A DNA stretch of 64,000 bases from an uncultured bacterium (GCA_963702025.1 OY969699.1:1344001-1408000), one strand, 5' to 3'. Counted from the stretch's first letter, positions 8,585 through 19,422 are shown. Notes: generated by a model from the sequence alone, not told the origin. Translations and numbers: made by a program.

Positions 8585-9970
8585 TTAACTACTATATAAA
8601 CGCTTTATAATATCATCTGCTTTAATAATAATTTCTCTGCCATGCCGCATTTCAAGATTGGTATATTGCTTAGCATATTCCTCGGCAAGTTTTTTCAGCT
8701 CAGCCGATTTTCTTACCTGCTCAGAGGTAAGCGTTTGCAATCCTTGTTTTTTTGCTGCAACAGATAATTGATCTTTTTCATCTTTTGAAAGTTCAGAATC
8801 ATTTTTCAGTAGAGCATCAAGAGCTTGCAAGAACTCTACCGGTATGCGTTCTTTTCTGTTTTCTGCTGCGTCATCCGAACCAATATTCCAGCCAAACCAA
8901 GCAAGCACGCCTTTTATTCTCGGCGATTTACGTACTTGGGCCATTACATATTCATGAACATGTCCGGGCAACCCATCATACAGGTATAATCCATGATTTT
9001 CCGGCTTAATGTATAGTAACTGTTTTGCTTCATCAATTTTACCGCACAGCATATGCTTCTTATTTGCCGGCAACATTGATTCTTCACGGCCATTCGGGCC
9101 AAATCGCATATCAATCCCATACGGGCGATATAATTTTTTTCTATCAACAAAATGTGATGCGTCACGCGAATAGGCAAACGGATTTTTACTATAAAAGGCA
9201 AGAGGATCTTGAATTGTTCCGGTAATGGTCGGATTAAACTTTTTTATATAGTTCATGATAAAGTTGTATATCTTGAAATCTTTATCTTCAATCACAAAAG
9301 TACCTTCATCAAATCCCTGTCCATTTTCTAACGCGAAACTGTAAAAAAACCAGTTTAAGGCGACAAGAGAACGCAAATACTCTTCTTGCGTTGCTGTTGG
9401 TATTTGATCCAATTTTCCTTCCATAATGCTCCGCATATATGATGTGCCCAACGTAATTTGGGTAAAAGCATTATAAGGATTCATCGGAGTAGTAGTAGCA
9501 ATTTTATTAAATCCGGCTTCAATTTTGCCAGCAAGCTCAATAGGTAATTTTAGTAATGTTATAGCGCTGTTTGCCAAATCAACCCAGTCATCTTCTACTA
9601 TTGCAGACGGCACCAGGCGCAATTGAGGCAATTGGGGCAATTGAGATTGCAAGAGATTTATGTTTTGGTTAATTGAGGCATTCGGCACAATATTTTGTTC
9701 ATGGTGATCCCTATTAAATGGTTCTTGAGGAACTTGATCTTGAGTAATAGGCGATGATACATTGATATTTTGTTGTTTTCTGAGCGCAACTTCTTCATAA
9801 GTGCCAAGCCTGTTGTTTAACGTTAGATCTTTATACATTAGATATGCCAATGTTCCACCGGCAACTATTGCTCCGGCAGTAGCTTTTTTCCAATTTGATT
9901 TCAACCATTGCATTGGCAATGCTGTTGAGGGGATCAAGAGCGCTAAAAGCGCTATTTTTAAATAATTCAT
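8585..9970 (-). CDS. Secreted hypothetical protein, candidate enzymatic effector
   Basis: GGAGG SD, signal peptide, a second hydrophobic segment, and a globular C-terminal domain (FDEGTFVIED, YGIDM, YIKPENHG, KERIP, RHGRE). Confidence 0.75.
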   Translation of the reverse strand: MNYLKIALLALLIPSTALPMQWLKSNWKKATAGAIVAGGTLAYLMYKDLTLNNRLGTYEEVALRKQQNINVSSPITQDQVPQEPFNRDHHEQNIVPNASINQNINLLQSQLPQLPQLRLVPSAIVEDDWVDLANSAITLLKLPIELAGKIEAGFNKIATTTPMNPYNAFTQITLGTSYMRSIMEGKLDQIPTATQEEYLRSLVALNWFFYSFALENGQGFDEGTFVIEDKDFKIYNFIMNYIKKFNPTITGTIQDPLAFYSKNPFAYSRDASHFVDRKKLYRPYGIDMRFGPNGREESMLPANKKHMLCGKIDEAKQLLYIKPENHGLYLYDGLPGHVHEYVMAQVRKSPRIKGVLAWFGWNIGSDDAAENRKERIPVEFLQALDALLKNDSELSKDEKDQLSVAAKKQGLQTLTSEQVRKSAELKKLAEEYAKQYTNLEMRHGREIIIKADDIIKRLYSS

Positions 9971-10160
9971 CTATATCTATAAAACCTCCATAATAATTTA
10001 GTTATACCTCAAGGATACCAAATTAGGCCTATTTGTCAATTGCCAACTTAGTATTACCCAATAACCCTCGCCCAATCTTTTCTATTTGTCAATTTAAACC
10101 TGTCTGCTTGATTTACAAATATGATTTTAAACACGGAACCGACTAATCTTTCATTATAAT

Positions 10161-10188
10161 TTGACATTTAAAACAAAAAAGACATACT
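10161..10188 (+). promoter_or_regulatory. Putative sigma70 promoter of the ankyrin array
   Basis: Perfect TTGACA (10161-66), 16-nt spacer, CATACT (10183-88), about 47 nt upstream of the ATG. Confidence 0.5.
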
Positions 10189-10235
10189 AATTACTAACAG
10201 CATTTAAGACTGATATAACCAAATATGGAGATTAT

Positions 10236-11597
10236 ATGTATACCAAGAAACACTTAAGCACACTTTTTTTTGCCGCTGCTTTAACAGGCAATGCATCACA
10301 TGCAATGCATCTTTATCAGCAAGAACGAGTCGTTGAAAAACAACAAGAAGAAGCAACCAAGCAATTGATCATCCTGCTTTCCTTCACTTATCCTACAAAT
10401 ACTCAAGAAAAAGATAATTTGATAACCAAAATTAAAGAATTATTAGTAAAAGGTGCAAATCCCGATGGAGATCAAGATGGCAATAGACCGTTAGTGTGGG
10501 CCGCTCGAAGCTGCGGCCGTTATGTTGATCCGGTACGCACTCTCCTTGAGCATGGCGCCAATCCTAATGTGCAAGTGCAAGATACTAGGGGCGAAACCGC
10601 ATTAATAGGTGCTGCCCGCTCTGGCCATCTAGATACGGCGCGACTCCTACTTGAGCATGGCGCTGAAGCTAATATGCAAGTTAATGATGGCAATACTGCA
10701 TTACTAGTTGCTACTGATTATCACAATAAAAATATCGTGCGCCTTCTTCTTGCTCATCATGCAAAGCCAAATATTAAAAATAATAATGGAGATACCGCAC
10801 TTCTTAAAGCAGTCAAAAAAGAAAAACCCGCAATTGACATTATTCGTTTACTTCTTGAAGACGGGCATGCCGATCCTAACATTCAAGATACAGATGGCAA
10901 TAGCCCATTGCATTTGGCCACCCCTCATGAAAATATTGTTCGTCTTCTTTTTGAGCATAAGGCAAAACCTAATCTAAAAAATAATGCTGGCTACACGGCC
11001 TTAATTAATTTTATTAAAAATAAAAATCAAATTCCCTCCATGCCGGTACAGATCATTCTTGAGAATGAAGCTAATCCAAATATAAAAGACACAGATGGCG
11101 CTACTGCATTGCACCATGCCGCACGGTATGGGCATGCTCCTATAGCCAAGCTACTTCTTGAATACGGCGCTGATCCACTGATAGCAGATAATCATGGCGT
11201 AACAGCCTTATTATTGGCCGCTCAGCATGGACAAAGGGAAATTGCTTCGCAACTCATTAAGTATGCAATCACAAAGAGAATAGCTGGACTCAAGGTAATC
11301 CGCGCAGCAAATGATTCCTATTTAAGCTTACTACCTGCTGATCTTTTTGAATTTGCAACAAAAAATTTTCTAAGCCAAGCGTCCGATAACACCACTAACG
11401 ATGTTGGCAATACCCCTTTACACGCTGCTGCTCAAAATGGCCACGATGATATTGTAAAGCTTCTTCTTAAGAATTGCGCGGATAAAGAATGCTTAAACAA
11501 TGCGGGCAAAACTGCGTTGGCTCTAGCACAAGAAAAAAACTATCAAGCTGTTATTGATTTGCTGGAAGAAAAACCAGCAGAGGGCAAGCAAAAATAA
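10236..11597 (+). CDS. Secreted ankyrin-repeat protein (array member 1)
   Basis: HA|MHLYQQ leader, about 10 ankyrin repeats, internal YLSLLPADLF motif. Confidence 0.9.
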   Translation: MYTKKHLSTLFFAAALTGNASHAMHLYQQERVVEKQQEEATKQLIILLSFTYPTNTQEKDNLITKIKELLVKGANPDGDQDGNRPLVWAARSCGRYVDPVRTLLEHGANPNVQVQDTRGETALIGAARSGHLDTARLLLEHGAEANMQVNDGNTALLVATDYHNKNIVRLLLAHHAKPNIKNNNGDTALLKAVKKEKPAIDIIRLLLEDGHADPNIQDTDGNSPLHLATPHENIVRLLFEHKAKPNLKNNAGYTALINFIKNKNQIPSMPVQIILENEANPNIKDTDGATALHHAARYGHAPIAKLLLEYGADPLIADNHGVTALLLAAQHGQREIASQLIKYAITKRIAGLKVIRAANDSYLSLLPADLFEFATKNFLSQASDNTTNDVGNTPLHAAAQNGHDDIVKLLLKNCADKECLNNAGKTALALAQEKNYQAVIDLLEEKPAEGKQK

Positions 11598-11615
11598 ATT
11601 TTAAATGGAGAAACC

Positions 11616-13094
11616 ATGAATATAAAAAAACAATATGTCACACTTTTTATTACCGCTGCTTTAATGGGTAGTTCATCTTACGCAATGCATCTTTATCAAC
11701 AAACGAAAGTAATTGAAAAACAACAAGAAGAAGCAACCAAGCAATTGATCATCCTGCTTTCCTTCACTTATCCTACAAATACTCAAGAAAAAGATAATTT
11801 GATAACCAAAATTAAAGAATTATTAGTAAAAGGTGCAAATCCCGATGGAGATCAAGATGGCAATAGACCGTTAGTGTGGGCCGCTCGAAGCTGCGGCCGT
11901 TATGTTGATCCGGTACGCACTCTCCTTGAGCATGGCGCCAATCCTAATATCCAAGATTGGTTTGGCAATACCGCATTAATAGACGCCGCACAGACTGACC
12001 AAGTTGCCTCTGTAAGCCTCCTGCTTGAGCGTGGCGCTAAATCTGATATCCAAGATCATTGGGGCTCAACCGCATTAATATGTGCTGCCAATCGGGGGCA
12101 TTCTGATACGACGCGCGTTCTGCTTGAGCATGGCGCTAATACTGATATCCAAGCTAATGATGGCAAAACCGCATTACTAGTTGCTACTCAATTCCACAAT
12201 AAAAATATCATGCGCCTCCTTCTTGCTCATCAGGCCAAGCCAAATATTAAAAACCATCATGGAGATACCGCACTTCTTACCGCAATAAAAAAAGAAGAAC
12301 CAGCAATTGAGATTATTCGTTTACTTCTTGAAGACGGGCATGCCGATCCTAACATTCAAGATAAAGATGGCAATAGCCCATTGCATTTGGCCACCCATAA
12401 TGAAAATATTGTAAGTCTTCTTTTTGAGCATGAAGCGAAGCCTAATCTAAAAAATAACGCCGGAAATACAGCCTTGATTAATTTTATTAAAAACCAGAAT
12501 CAAATTCCCTCCATGCCGGTACAGATCATTCTTGAGAATGAAGCTAATCCAAATATAAAAGACACAGATGGCGCTACTGCATTGCACTACGCCGCACGGT
12601 ATGGGCATGCTCCCATTGCAAAACTACTTCTTGAATATGGCGCTGATCCGCTGATAGCAGATAATCATGGCGTAACAGCTTTATTATTGGCCGCACAGCA
12701 TGGACAAAAGGAAATTGCTTCGCAACTCATTAAGTATGCTATCACCTTGAAAATAGCTGGACTCAAGTCAATCCGGGCAGAAAAAGACTGCTATTTAAAC
12801 TTATTACCCGGTGACCTTTTTCAATTTACTTTAAAATCTTTTCTGATCCCAAGTTGCCTCAGTTTCCTCAATGGCGCCAATGATGTTGGCAACACGCCAT
12901 TACATGTTGCCGCTCAAAATAACGATTTTGATATGATAAAGCTCCTTCTTGAGCATGGTGCAGATAAAACATACTTAAACAATGAGGGCAAAACTGCATT
13001 GGATATAGCCAAAGAAAAAAGCTATAAAACTATTATTGATTTGCTGCAAGATAAACCGGCGGAGAATCCAAGCGAGCAAGATAATAAAAAGTAA
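11616..13094 (+). CDS. Secreted ankyrin-repeat protein (array member 2)
   Basis: YA|MHLYQQ leader, ankyrin repeats, CYLNLLPGDLF motif. Confidence 0.9.
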   Translation: MNIKKQYVTLFITAALMGSSSYAMHLYQQTKVIEKQQEEATKQLIILLSFTYPTNTQEKDNLITKIKELLVKGANPDGDQDGNRPLVWAARSCGRYVDPVRTLLEHGANPNIQDWFGNTALIDAAQTDQVASVSLLLERGAKSDIQDHWGSTALICAANRGHSDTTRVLLEHGANTDIQANDGKTALLVATQFHNKNIMRLLLAHQAKPNIKNHHGDTALLTAIKKEEPAIEIIRLLLEDGHADPNIQDKDGNSPLHLATHNENIVSLLFEHEAKPNLKNNAGNTALINFIKNQNQIPSMPVQIILENEANPNIKDTDGATALHYAARYGHAPIAKLLLEYGADPLIADNHGVTALLLAAQHGQKEIASQLIKYAITLKIAGLKSIRAEKDCYLNLLPGDLFQFTLKSFLIPSCLSFLNGANDVGNTPLHVAAQNNDFDMIKLLLEHGADKTYLNNEGKTALDIAKEKSYKTIIDLLQDKPAENPSEQDNKK

Positions 13095-13112
13095 AGTTTA
13101 GATGGAGAAATT

Positions 13113-14480
13113 ATGAATACCAGAAAACACTTAATAACACTGTTTATTGCCGCTTCTTTAACCGCCAGTTCATCTCGCGCAATGCATCTTTACCAGCAAG
13201 AGCGAGTAGTTGAAAAACAAAAAGAAGAAGCAACCAAGCAATTAATCACATTGATTTCCAACATCTATCCTACAAATACTCAAGAAAAAGATAATTTAAT
13301 AACCAAAATTAAAGAATTATTGTTAAAAGGTGCAAATCCCGATGGATATAAAGATAGTCATAGACCGTTAGTATGGGCTGCTAGAAACAGCCGCTATGCT
13401 GATCCGGTGCGCATTCTTCTTGAGTATGGGGCTAACCCCAATGTACAAGATAATAGCGGCACAACCGCATTAATAGGCGCTGCCTGCGGTGGCCATGTTG
13501 ATACGGCACGCATTCTCTTTGAGCATTGCGTGGATCCTGATATCCAAGATTATCGTGGCAATACCGCTTTAATATTTGCAACCCATTTTCACAATAAAAA
13601 TATCGTGCGCCTCCTTCTTACTTATCATACTCATTGGGCCGATCCCGATATTAAAGATAATCATGGAGATACGGCACTTATTGTAGCAAGTAGAGAAGAA
13701 AAACCGATCATCGAAATTATTCGTTTACTTCTTGAAAAGAAAGGCCACGCCAATCCTAACATTCAAGATAAAGATGGCAACAGCCCATTGCTCTTGGCCA
13801 CCCATAATGAAAATATTATAAGTCTTCTTTTTGAGCACGGGGCAAAACCTAATTTAAAAAATAAGGCCGGCAACACCGCATTAATTAATTTTGTTAAAAG
13901 CTCGCATAATATACCCTCCATGCCAGTAGAGCTCCTTCTTAAAAATGAAGCTAATCCAAATATAAAAAATAATGATGGTGCCACTGCATTGCACTATGCT
14001 GCACGGTACGGGCATGCTCCTATAGCCAAACTCCTTCTTGAATATGGTGCTGCCCCGGTAATGGCCGATAATCATGGCGTAACAGCCTTATTATTGGCCG
14101 CTCAGCATGGACAAAGGGAAATTGCTTCGGAACTTATTAAGCATGCAATCACAAAGAAAATAGATGGACTCAAAGCACTTCGTGAGGTGAAAAACTGCTA
14201 TTTAAGCTTATTGCCGAGTGACCTTATTGTATTTACCGTAAAACTGCAAGCCGCAGATTTCATCAATGGCGCCAATGATGTTGGCAATACCCCTTTACAC
14301 GCTGCTGCTCAAAATGGCCATGCTGAGATTGTACGGCTTCTTCTTGAAAATAGTGCGGATAAAGCATTCTTAAACAATGAGGGCAAAACTGCGTTGGCTC
14401 TAGCGCAAGAAAATAAAAATCAAAATATTATTGATCTGCTGCACGATAAATCAGCAGAGAACCAAAACGAGCAAAAGTAA
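13113..14480 (+). CDS. Secreted ankyrin-repeat protein (array member 3)
   Basis: RA|MHLYQQ leader, ankyrin repeats, CYLSLLPSDLI motif. Confidence 0.9.
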   Translation: MNTRKHLITLFIAASLTASSSRAMHLYQQERVVEKQKEEATKQLITLISNIYPTNTQEKDNLITKIKELLLKGANPDGYKDSHRPLVWAARNSRYADPVRILLEYGANPNVQDNSGTTALIGAACGGHVDTARILFEHCVDPDIQDYRGNTALIFATHFHNKNIVRLLLTYHTHWADPDIKDNHGDTALIVASREEKPIIEIIRLLLEKKGHANPNIQDKDGNSPLLLATHNENIISLLFEHGAKPNLKNKAGNTALINFVKSSHNIPSMPVELLLKNEANPNIKNNDGATALHYAARYGHAPIAKLLLEYGAAPVMADNHGVTALLLAAQHGQREIASELIKHAITKKIDGLKALREVKNCYLSLLPSDLIVFTVKLQAADFINGANDVGNTPLHAAAQNGHAEIVRLLLENSADKAFLNNEGKTALALAQENKNQNIIDLLHDKSAENQNEQK

Positions 14481-14498
14481 ATTCTAAATGGAGAAATC

Positions 14499-15476
14499 AT
14501 GGATATCAAAAAACTAAATTTTCTTTTTGCACCAGTCATACTCATCAGCACCGGTGCAAGCACAATGGAAAAAGCTTGGATACCTACTTATTTAAACAAA
14601 CAAGAAGCGCTCAAAATTGAAAAAGAAAAAAAAGCTGCGGCAGAAGAAGCTGCTAAAAAAGCTGCGCATGAAACCGCAATAGCTGCTGAGAAAGCAAGGG
14701 AAGCTGCAACTTATGAATTGATTATGCTTATCAAAAAAACTAGAAGTCAATTTGATTATAACAAGTATACCCCCGAAGGGCAAAAAGCTATTATTGAAGC
14801 AAAAGAAGAAGAAGCTCTTGCAGAAAAAAGAGTAGCGGAACTACTTCAAGCTGGCGCAGATCCAAATGTAAAAACTTCTGTTAATCGTGGGTTTAAAAAG
14901 TATAGCGCTAAGACCACACTTCTTATTTTGGCTCTTGAGAAGGGATTTTTTGGAATTGCCAAATTACTTATCAAAGCCGGATCGGATGTAAACTTTACAG
15001 ATAGTCATAACACCATATTGCAAACAGCAATAAAAATTCAAATGGATAATAGATCTATTGATACTGTTCGTATGCTTCTTGAATATGGAGCCAATCCAGA
15101 TTTAACGAGCGTAAGCGATACTAGAACCCCATTGGAGCTTGCTCTTAATTGTTATGATTTTTGTTATCAAAAATTTACAGAAACTTTACAAATTCTATTA
15201 GATCATGGCGCCAATCCAAATATGATTACGAACAGTGAAGGCTATACATTATTACATATGGCAGCTCTAAAAAATAATCCAGAAGCAGTTTCCCTATTAC
15301 TTCAATTCGGCGCCGATCCGCTCCTTCTCAATAAGGAAGGAAAATCGGCAGGCATGATTGCACAAGAAAAATTAGAATCCGAACAAACAGATGAAGAAAA
15401 AGCGCGGTATAAAGAAATAATTGAAATGCTCAACAACCCCCGAGCTATTAAATGCGGAGGTCAAAAGCTGATCTAA
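14499..15476 (+). CDS. Secreted ankyrin-repeat protein (array member 4)
   Basis: ST|MEK..PTY leader, Ala/Glu/Lys coiled coil, ankyrin repeats. Confidence 0.88.
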   Translation: MDIKKLNFLFAPVILISTGASTMEKAWIPTYLNKQEALKIEKEKKAAAEEAAKKAAHETAIAAEKAREAATYELIMLIKKTRSQFDYNKYTPEGQKAIIEAKEEEALAEKRVAELLQAGADPNVKTSVNRGFKKYSAKTTLLILALEKGFFGIAKLLIKAGSDVNFTDSHNTILQTAIKIQMDNRSIDTVRMLLEYGANPDLTSVSDTRTPLELALNCYDFCYQKFTETLQILLDHGANPNMITNSEGYTLLHMAALKNNPEAVSLLLQFGADPLLLNKEGKSAGMIAQEKLESEQTDEEKARYKEIIEMLNNPRAIKCGGQKLI

Positions 15477-15505
15477 ATGATAAGAATAATTTTGATGGAG
15501 AAAAT

Positions 15506-16879
15506 ATGAACACCAAAAAACATTTATGCATGCTTTTTATTACCGCTGCTTTAATGGGTAGTTCATCTCAGGCTATGCATCTTTATCAGCAAGAGCGAGT
15601 GGTTGAAAAAGAAGAAGCAAAAAAAGCTACTGATCAACTAATGAAACTACTAAGGGAAACTGATTTTAAAAGAATATTAGATAATGATGCAGAAATAAAC
15701 CATCTTACAAAAAAAATAAATAATTTAATATCAAAAGGTGCAGATCCTGATCTCAAGTATGAGAATTGTATGGTTGCATTCAGTTTGGCTGCGGCAACAG
15801 GCAATATTAAAATTGTGAGATTCTTTCTTAAAAATATAAATTCTGATCTAAAAGGTAAGCCTTTATATTTAGCTGCGCGCAACGGCCATACTGATATTGC
15901 AAAACTTCTGCTTGAAAACGAGGCTAATCCCCATAGAGCCTATGAGTATGAGAGAAAAACCCCATTGATGCAAGCTTCAGAAAAAGGACATCTTGGTATT
16001 GTAAGTCTATTGCTTGAAAAAGGCGCCTATATAAATGCAAAAGATTATAATGACTGTACCGCATTAAGCTTTGCTGCAGAGCATAATCATACTGCCATCG
16101 TAAAACTGCTCCTTGAAAAGGGTGCCAACGCCAATACACAAGAATATACTCTTTATAGAGATACACCTCTTATCAAAGCGGCTGCTCGCGGCTATTTAGA
16201 TATCGTTGATCTTTTACTAAAAGCAGGAGCAAATCCGGATACACAAAATAAAGATCGAGAGACTGCGTTAACATGGGCGACCCGTCGAAAGAATATAAAG
16301 ATTATGAATCTTCTTCTTGAAAAAAATGCTAACCCTAATCTACAACAGCATGAGCTCAAAACTGCATTAATGATTGCAGCCGAACAAGGCGATACTGGTG
16401 CTGTAGAAATACTTCTTAAAAAAAATGCCGATCCTTATATCAAATCTAAATATGGTAAAAACGCATTATTTTTTGCCGCTGAGCAGGGACACTGTGACAT
16501 TGCTCACCTTTTGCTTCAATCTCTTGTTCAGTTGCAAAAATTGACAACGACTTCAATAGAATCGGCTAGCAAAGAAAAAAATTCTTATTTGTGTTTGCTG
16601 CCCGGTGATCTTGTTAAACTGGCAACAAAATACACGATAACTGCTTATCGAATAAACATGATTCATGCTGTTAGTGATTATGGCAGTACGCCATTACATG
16701 GTGCAACTTTCTACGGGCATGCTGATTTTGTACGACTTCTTCTTGAGCATGGTGCTGATAAAACCATTAAAAATAATTTTGGCAAAACTGCGTTGGATAT
16801 AGCTAAGGAAAAAAGCAATCAAGCTATTATTGATCTGCTACACGATAAACCGGCAGAGAGCCAAAGCGAGCAAAACTAA
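15506..16879 (+). CDS. Secreted ankyrin-repeat protein (array member 5)
   Basis: Start placed at ATG 15506 after the conserved ATGGAG junction; QA|MHLYQQ leader, ankyrin repeats, YLCLLPGDLV motif. Confidence 0.9.
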   Translation: MNTKKHLCMLFITAALMGSSSQAMHLYQQERVVEKEEAKKATDQLMKLLRETDFKRILDNDAEINHLTKKINNLISKGADPDLKYENCMVAFSLAAATGNIKIVRFFLKNINSDLKGKPLYLAARNGHTDIAKLLLENEANPHRAYEYERKTPLMQASEKGHLGIVSLLLEKGAYINAKDYNDCTALSFAAEHNHTAIVKLLLEKGANANTQEYTLYRDTPLIKAAARGYLDIVDLLLKAGANPDTQNKDRETALTWATRRKNIKIMNLLLEKNANPNLQQHELKTALMIAAEQGDTGAVEILLKKNADPYIKSKYGKNALFFAAEQGHCDIAHLLLQSLVQLQKLTTTSIESASKEKNSYLCLLPGDLVKLATKYTITAYRINMIHAVSDYGSTPLHGATFYGHADFVRLLLEHGADKTIKNNFGKTALDIAKEKSNQAIIDLLHDKPAESQSEQN

Positions 16880-16898
16880 ATTTTAAATGGAGAACACT

Positions 16899-18218
16899 AT
16901 GAATACCAAAAAAATAATATCCAATATTTGCGTGCCGCTCTTGTTTTCAGGCTCCTTTTTAGGCGCCATGGAAAAAGTAACGCCCACTTATCCACAAGAA
17001 CTTCAGCGCACTCAATTCGTTTTTGAAAACTTACCTCTGGATATTCGGCGCTATTTGCTTCCATTCATTGCCAGCGGCGATATTCCTACCGCAGCACGAA
17101 GCATCCTTGCCCTTGCAGCAACCAATAAAGCATTGCGCGCATTTCTCAATAATCCTGATAATATGCTGATTGTGCTCCAATCTTTACCGTATCCTGCCCA
17201 TGCAATTGATTTAGCAATTGGAGAAGGTCGCAGATCATATGGATCTACCAATCGGCCAAAACTAGCAAAGATGCCGGTTATAAAGAATAAAAAAATAAGA
17301 GACTGGATTGAAAAACAACAAAATGAACTCGTAATGGGGGAAGAACTTGTAAATGCTGCCACAAACCATAATCTAGAAACAGTAGAGCTGCTTCTTAAAA
17401 ATCCAAAAATAGATTTAAATTATCAATGGGGCTTTGGATTTACTGCTCTCATGGAAGCAGTACGATCGAGACCAAAAGGGCGCATTGACAATAGCATCGC
17501 AATCATGAAACTACTTCTTGATGCGCAAGCAAATCCTGATTTGCAAAATTTTAGCTCGGGAAATACTGCGCTTATACAAGCCGCAAATAGGTGGTGGCGT
17601 CCAGAAAGAACTGTTCTCTTGCTTGAAAAAGGAGCAGATATACATCTTTTAAATAAAGATAATGAAACTGCATACGATTGCCTTTATTCCCAATGTCAGA
17701 AAAGTCCATATCGCAAAAGCGATAATGAGGTTAATGATATTCATCAATTGTTATTTTTGTTAGAACCACTAAAATCGGCTGCCGTAAATGAAAGAGGTCA
17801 AGCAGCCTTATGTTGGGCGATCGAAAACGGCCATATTAAAACAGCATCCCAGTTGATTGAACGTGTTGTTCGGCCCGCACAATATACATTTAATTTACGC
17901 ACGGAAGACAAAAAATCCTATTTTCATTTAATACAAGATGTAGAAGTTCTTAATTTAACCGCAAAATATCTGCTAGGTTATTATGTTAATTGTACATATG
18001 TTAATTGTAAAGATGTTACTGGCAATACCCCATTACATATCGCCGCTCAAAATGGCCATGCTGATTTTGTACGGCTTCTTCTTGAGTCTGGTGCGGATAA
18101 AACCATTAAAAATAATTTCGGCAAAACAGCATTAGATATAGCAAAAGAAAAAAGCTATCAAGCTATTATTGATCTGCTGCAAAGTAAATCGGCAGAGAGC
18201 CAAAGCGAGCAAAAGTAA
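16899..18218 (+). CDS. Secreted F-box-like/ankyrin protein (array member 6)
   Basis: GA|MEK..PTY leader, FENLPLDIRRYLLPFI, ankyrin repeats, shared array tail. Confidence 0.88.
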   Translation: MNTKKIISNICVPLLFSGSFLGAMEKVTPTYPQELQRTQFVFENLPLDIRRYLLPFIASGDIPTAARSILALAATNKALRAFLNNPDNMLIVLQSLPYPAHAIDLAIGEGRRSYGSTNRPKLAKMPVIKNKKIRDWIEKQQNELVMGEELVNAATNHNLETVELLLKNPKIDLNYQWGFGFTALMEAVRSRPKGRIDNSIAIMKLLLDAQANPDLQNFSSGNTALIQAANRWWRPERTVLLLEKGADIHLLNKDNETAYDCLYSQCQKSPYRKSDNEVNDIHQLLFLLEPLKSAAVNERGQAALCWAIENGHIKTASQLIERVVRPAQYTFNLRTEDKKSYFHLIQDVEVLNLTAKYLLGYYVNCTYVNCKDVTGNTPLHIAAQNGHADFVRLLLESGADKTIKNNFGKTALDIAKEKSYQAIIDLLQSKSAESQSEQK

Positions 18219-18236
18219 ATTTTAAATGGAGAAACC

Positions 18237-19403
18237 ATGAATATCAAAAAACGCTTAATAACACTTTTTATTACCGCCGCGCTAACTGGCTATTCATCAC
18301 AGGCCATGCATCTTTATCAGCAAAAGCGAGTAGATGAGAAGCAACAAAAGGAAGCAACTGAGCAATTAATCACGCTGCTTTCCTCTTATCCTATAAATAT
18401 TCAAGAAAAAGATAATTTAACAAGCAAAGTTAAAGAATTGTTAGCAAAAGGTGCAAATCCTGATGGCGATAATGATAGTAAAAGACCGTTAGTATGGGCT
18501 GCTCGATACAGCCGCCATGTTGATCCGGCGCGCATTCTCCTTGAGCATAACGCTAACCCTAATGTAAAAGGTTATAACGGCGTAACTGCGTTAATTAATG
18601 CTACTCAGCATCACCAGGTTGACACAGTGCGCCTCCTTTTGGAACACAACGCCAACCCTGATATCCAAGATAATGATGGCGATGCCGCATTAATAGTTGC
18701 TGCCTGCTGTGGCTATGGTGATACGGAGCGGGTCCTCCTTGAGCATGGCGCTAAACCTGATATCCAAGATAATCGTGGCAATACCCCCTTACTAGTCGCT
18801 ACTAGATATCACCATAAAGATACAGCGCGCCTCCTTCTTGCTCATCATGCAAAGCCAAATATTAAAAATAATGATGGAGATACGGCACTTCTTACAGCAA
18901 TTAAAAAAGACAAACCAAGCATTGACATTATTCGTTTACTTCTTGAATATGGCGCCGATCCAATGATGACAAATAATCATGGCGAAACAGCCTTATTTCG
19001 AGCCGCACAGTATGGAAAAACAGAAGTCGCTTCGCAACTCATTCAGTCAGTTATCGATCAGAAAATAACCGGACTCAAATACATCCGCGCAGAAAAAGAC
19101 TGCTATTTAAGCTTATTACCTGGTGACCTTTTTCAATTTACCCTAAAATCTTTTCTTATCCCAAGTTGCTTCCTCAATTTCCTCAATGGTGCCAATGATG
19201 TTGGCAACACCCCATTGCATGTTGCCGCAGAATATTACAACGCTGCTGATTTTGTACGGCTTCTTCTTGAACATGGTGCGGATAAAACCATTAAAAATAA
19301 TTTCGGCAAAACAGCATTAGATATAGCAAAAGAAAAAAGCTATCAAGCTATTATTGATCTTCTGCAAGATAAACCGGCAGAGAACAAAAGCGAGCAAAAG
19401 TAA
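18237..19403 (+). CDS. Secreted ankyrin-repeat protein (array member 7)
   Basis: QA|MHLYQQ leader, ankyrin repeats, CYLSLLPGDLF motif. Confidence 0.9.
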   Translation: MNIKKRLITLFITAALTGYSSQAMHLYQQKRVDEKQQKEATEQLITLLSSYPINIQEKDNLTSKVKELLAKGANPDGDNDSKRPLVWAARYSRHVDPARILLEHNANPNVKGYNGVTALINATQHHQVDTVRLLLEHNANPDIQDNDGDAALIVAACCGYGDTERVLLEHGAKPDIQDNRGNTPLLVATRYHHKDTARLLLAHHAKPNIKNNDGDTALLTAIKKDKPSIDIIRLLLEYGADPMMTNNHGETALFRAAQYGKTEVASQLIQSVIDQKITGLKYIRAEKDCYLSLLPGDLFQFTLKSFLIPSCFLNFLNGANDVGNTPLHVAAEYYNAADFVRLLLEHGADKTIKNNFGKTALDIAKEKSYQAIIDLLQDKPAENKSEQK

Positions 19404-19422
19404 ATTTTAAATGGAGAAAACC

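Noticed and set aside
10333..11948. Duplicated segment as a DGR template/variable repeat pair
   Set aside because: The copies are identical rather than differing at adenines, and no reverse transcriptase gene is in the window.
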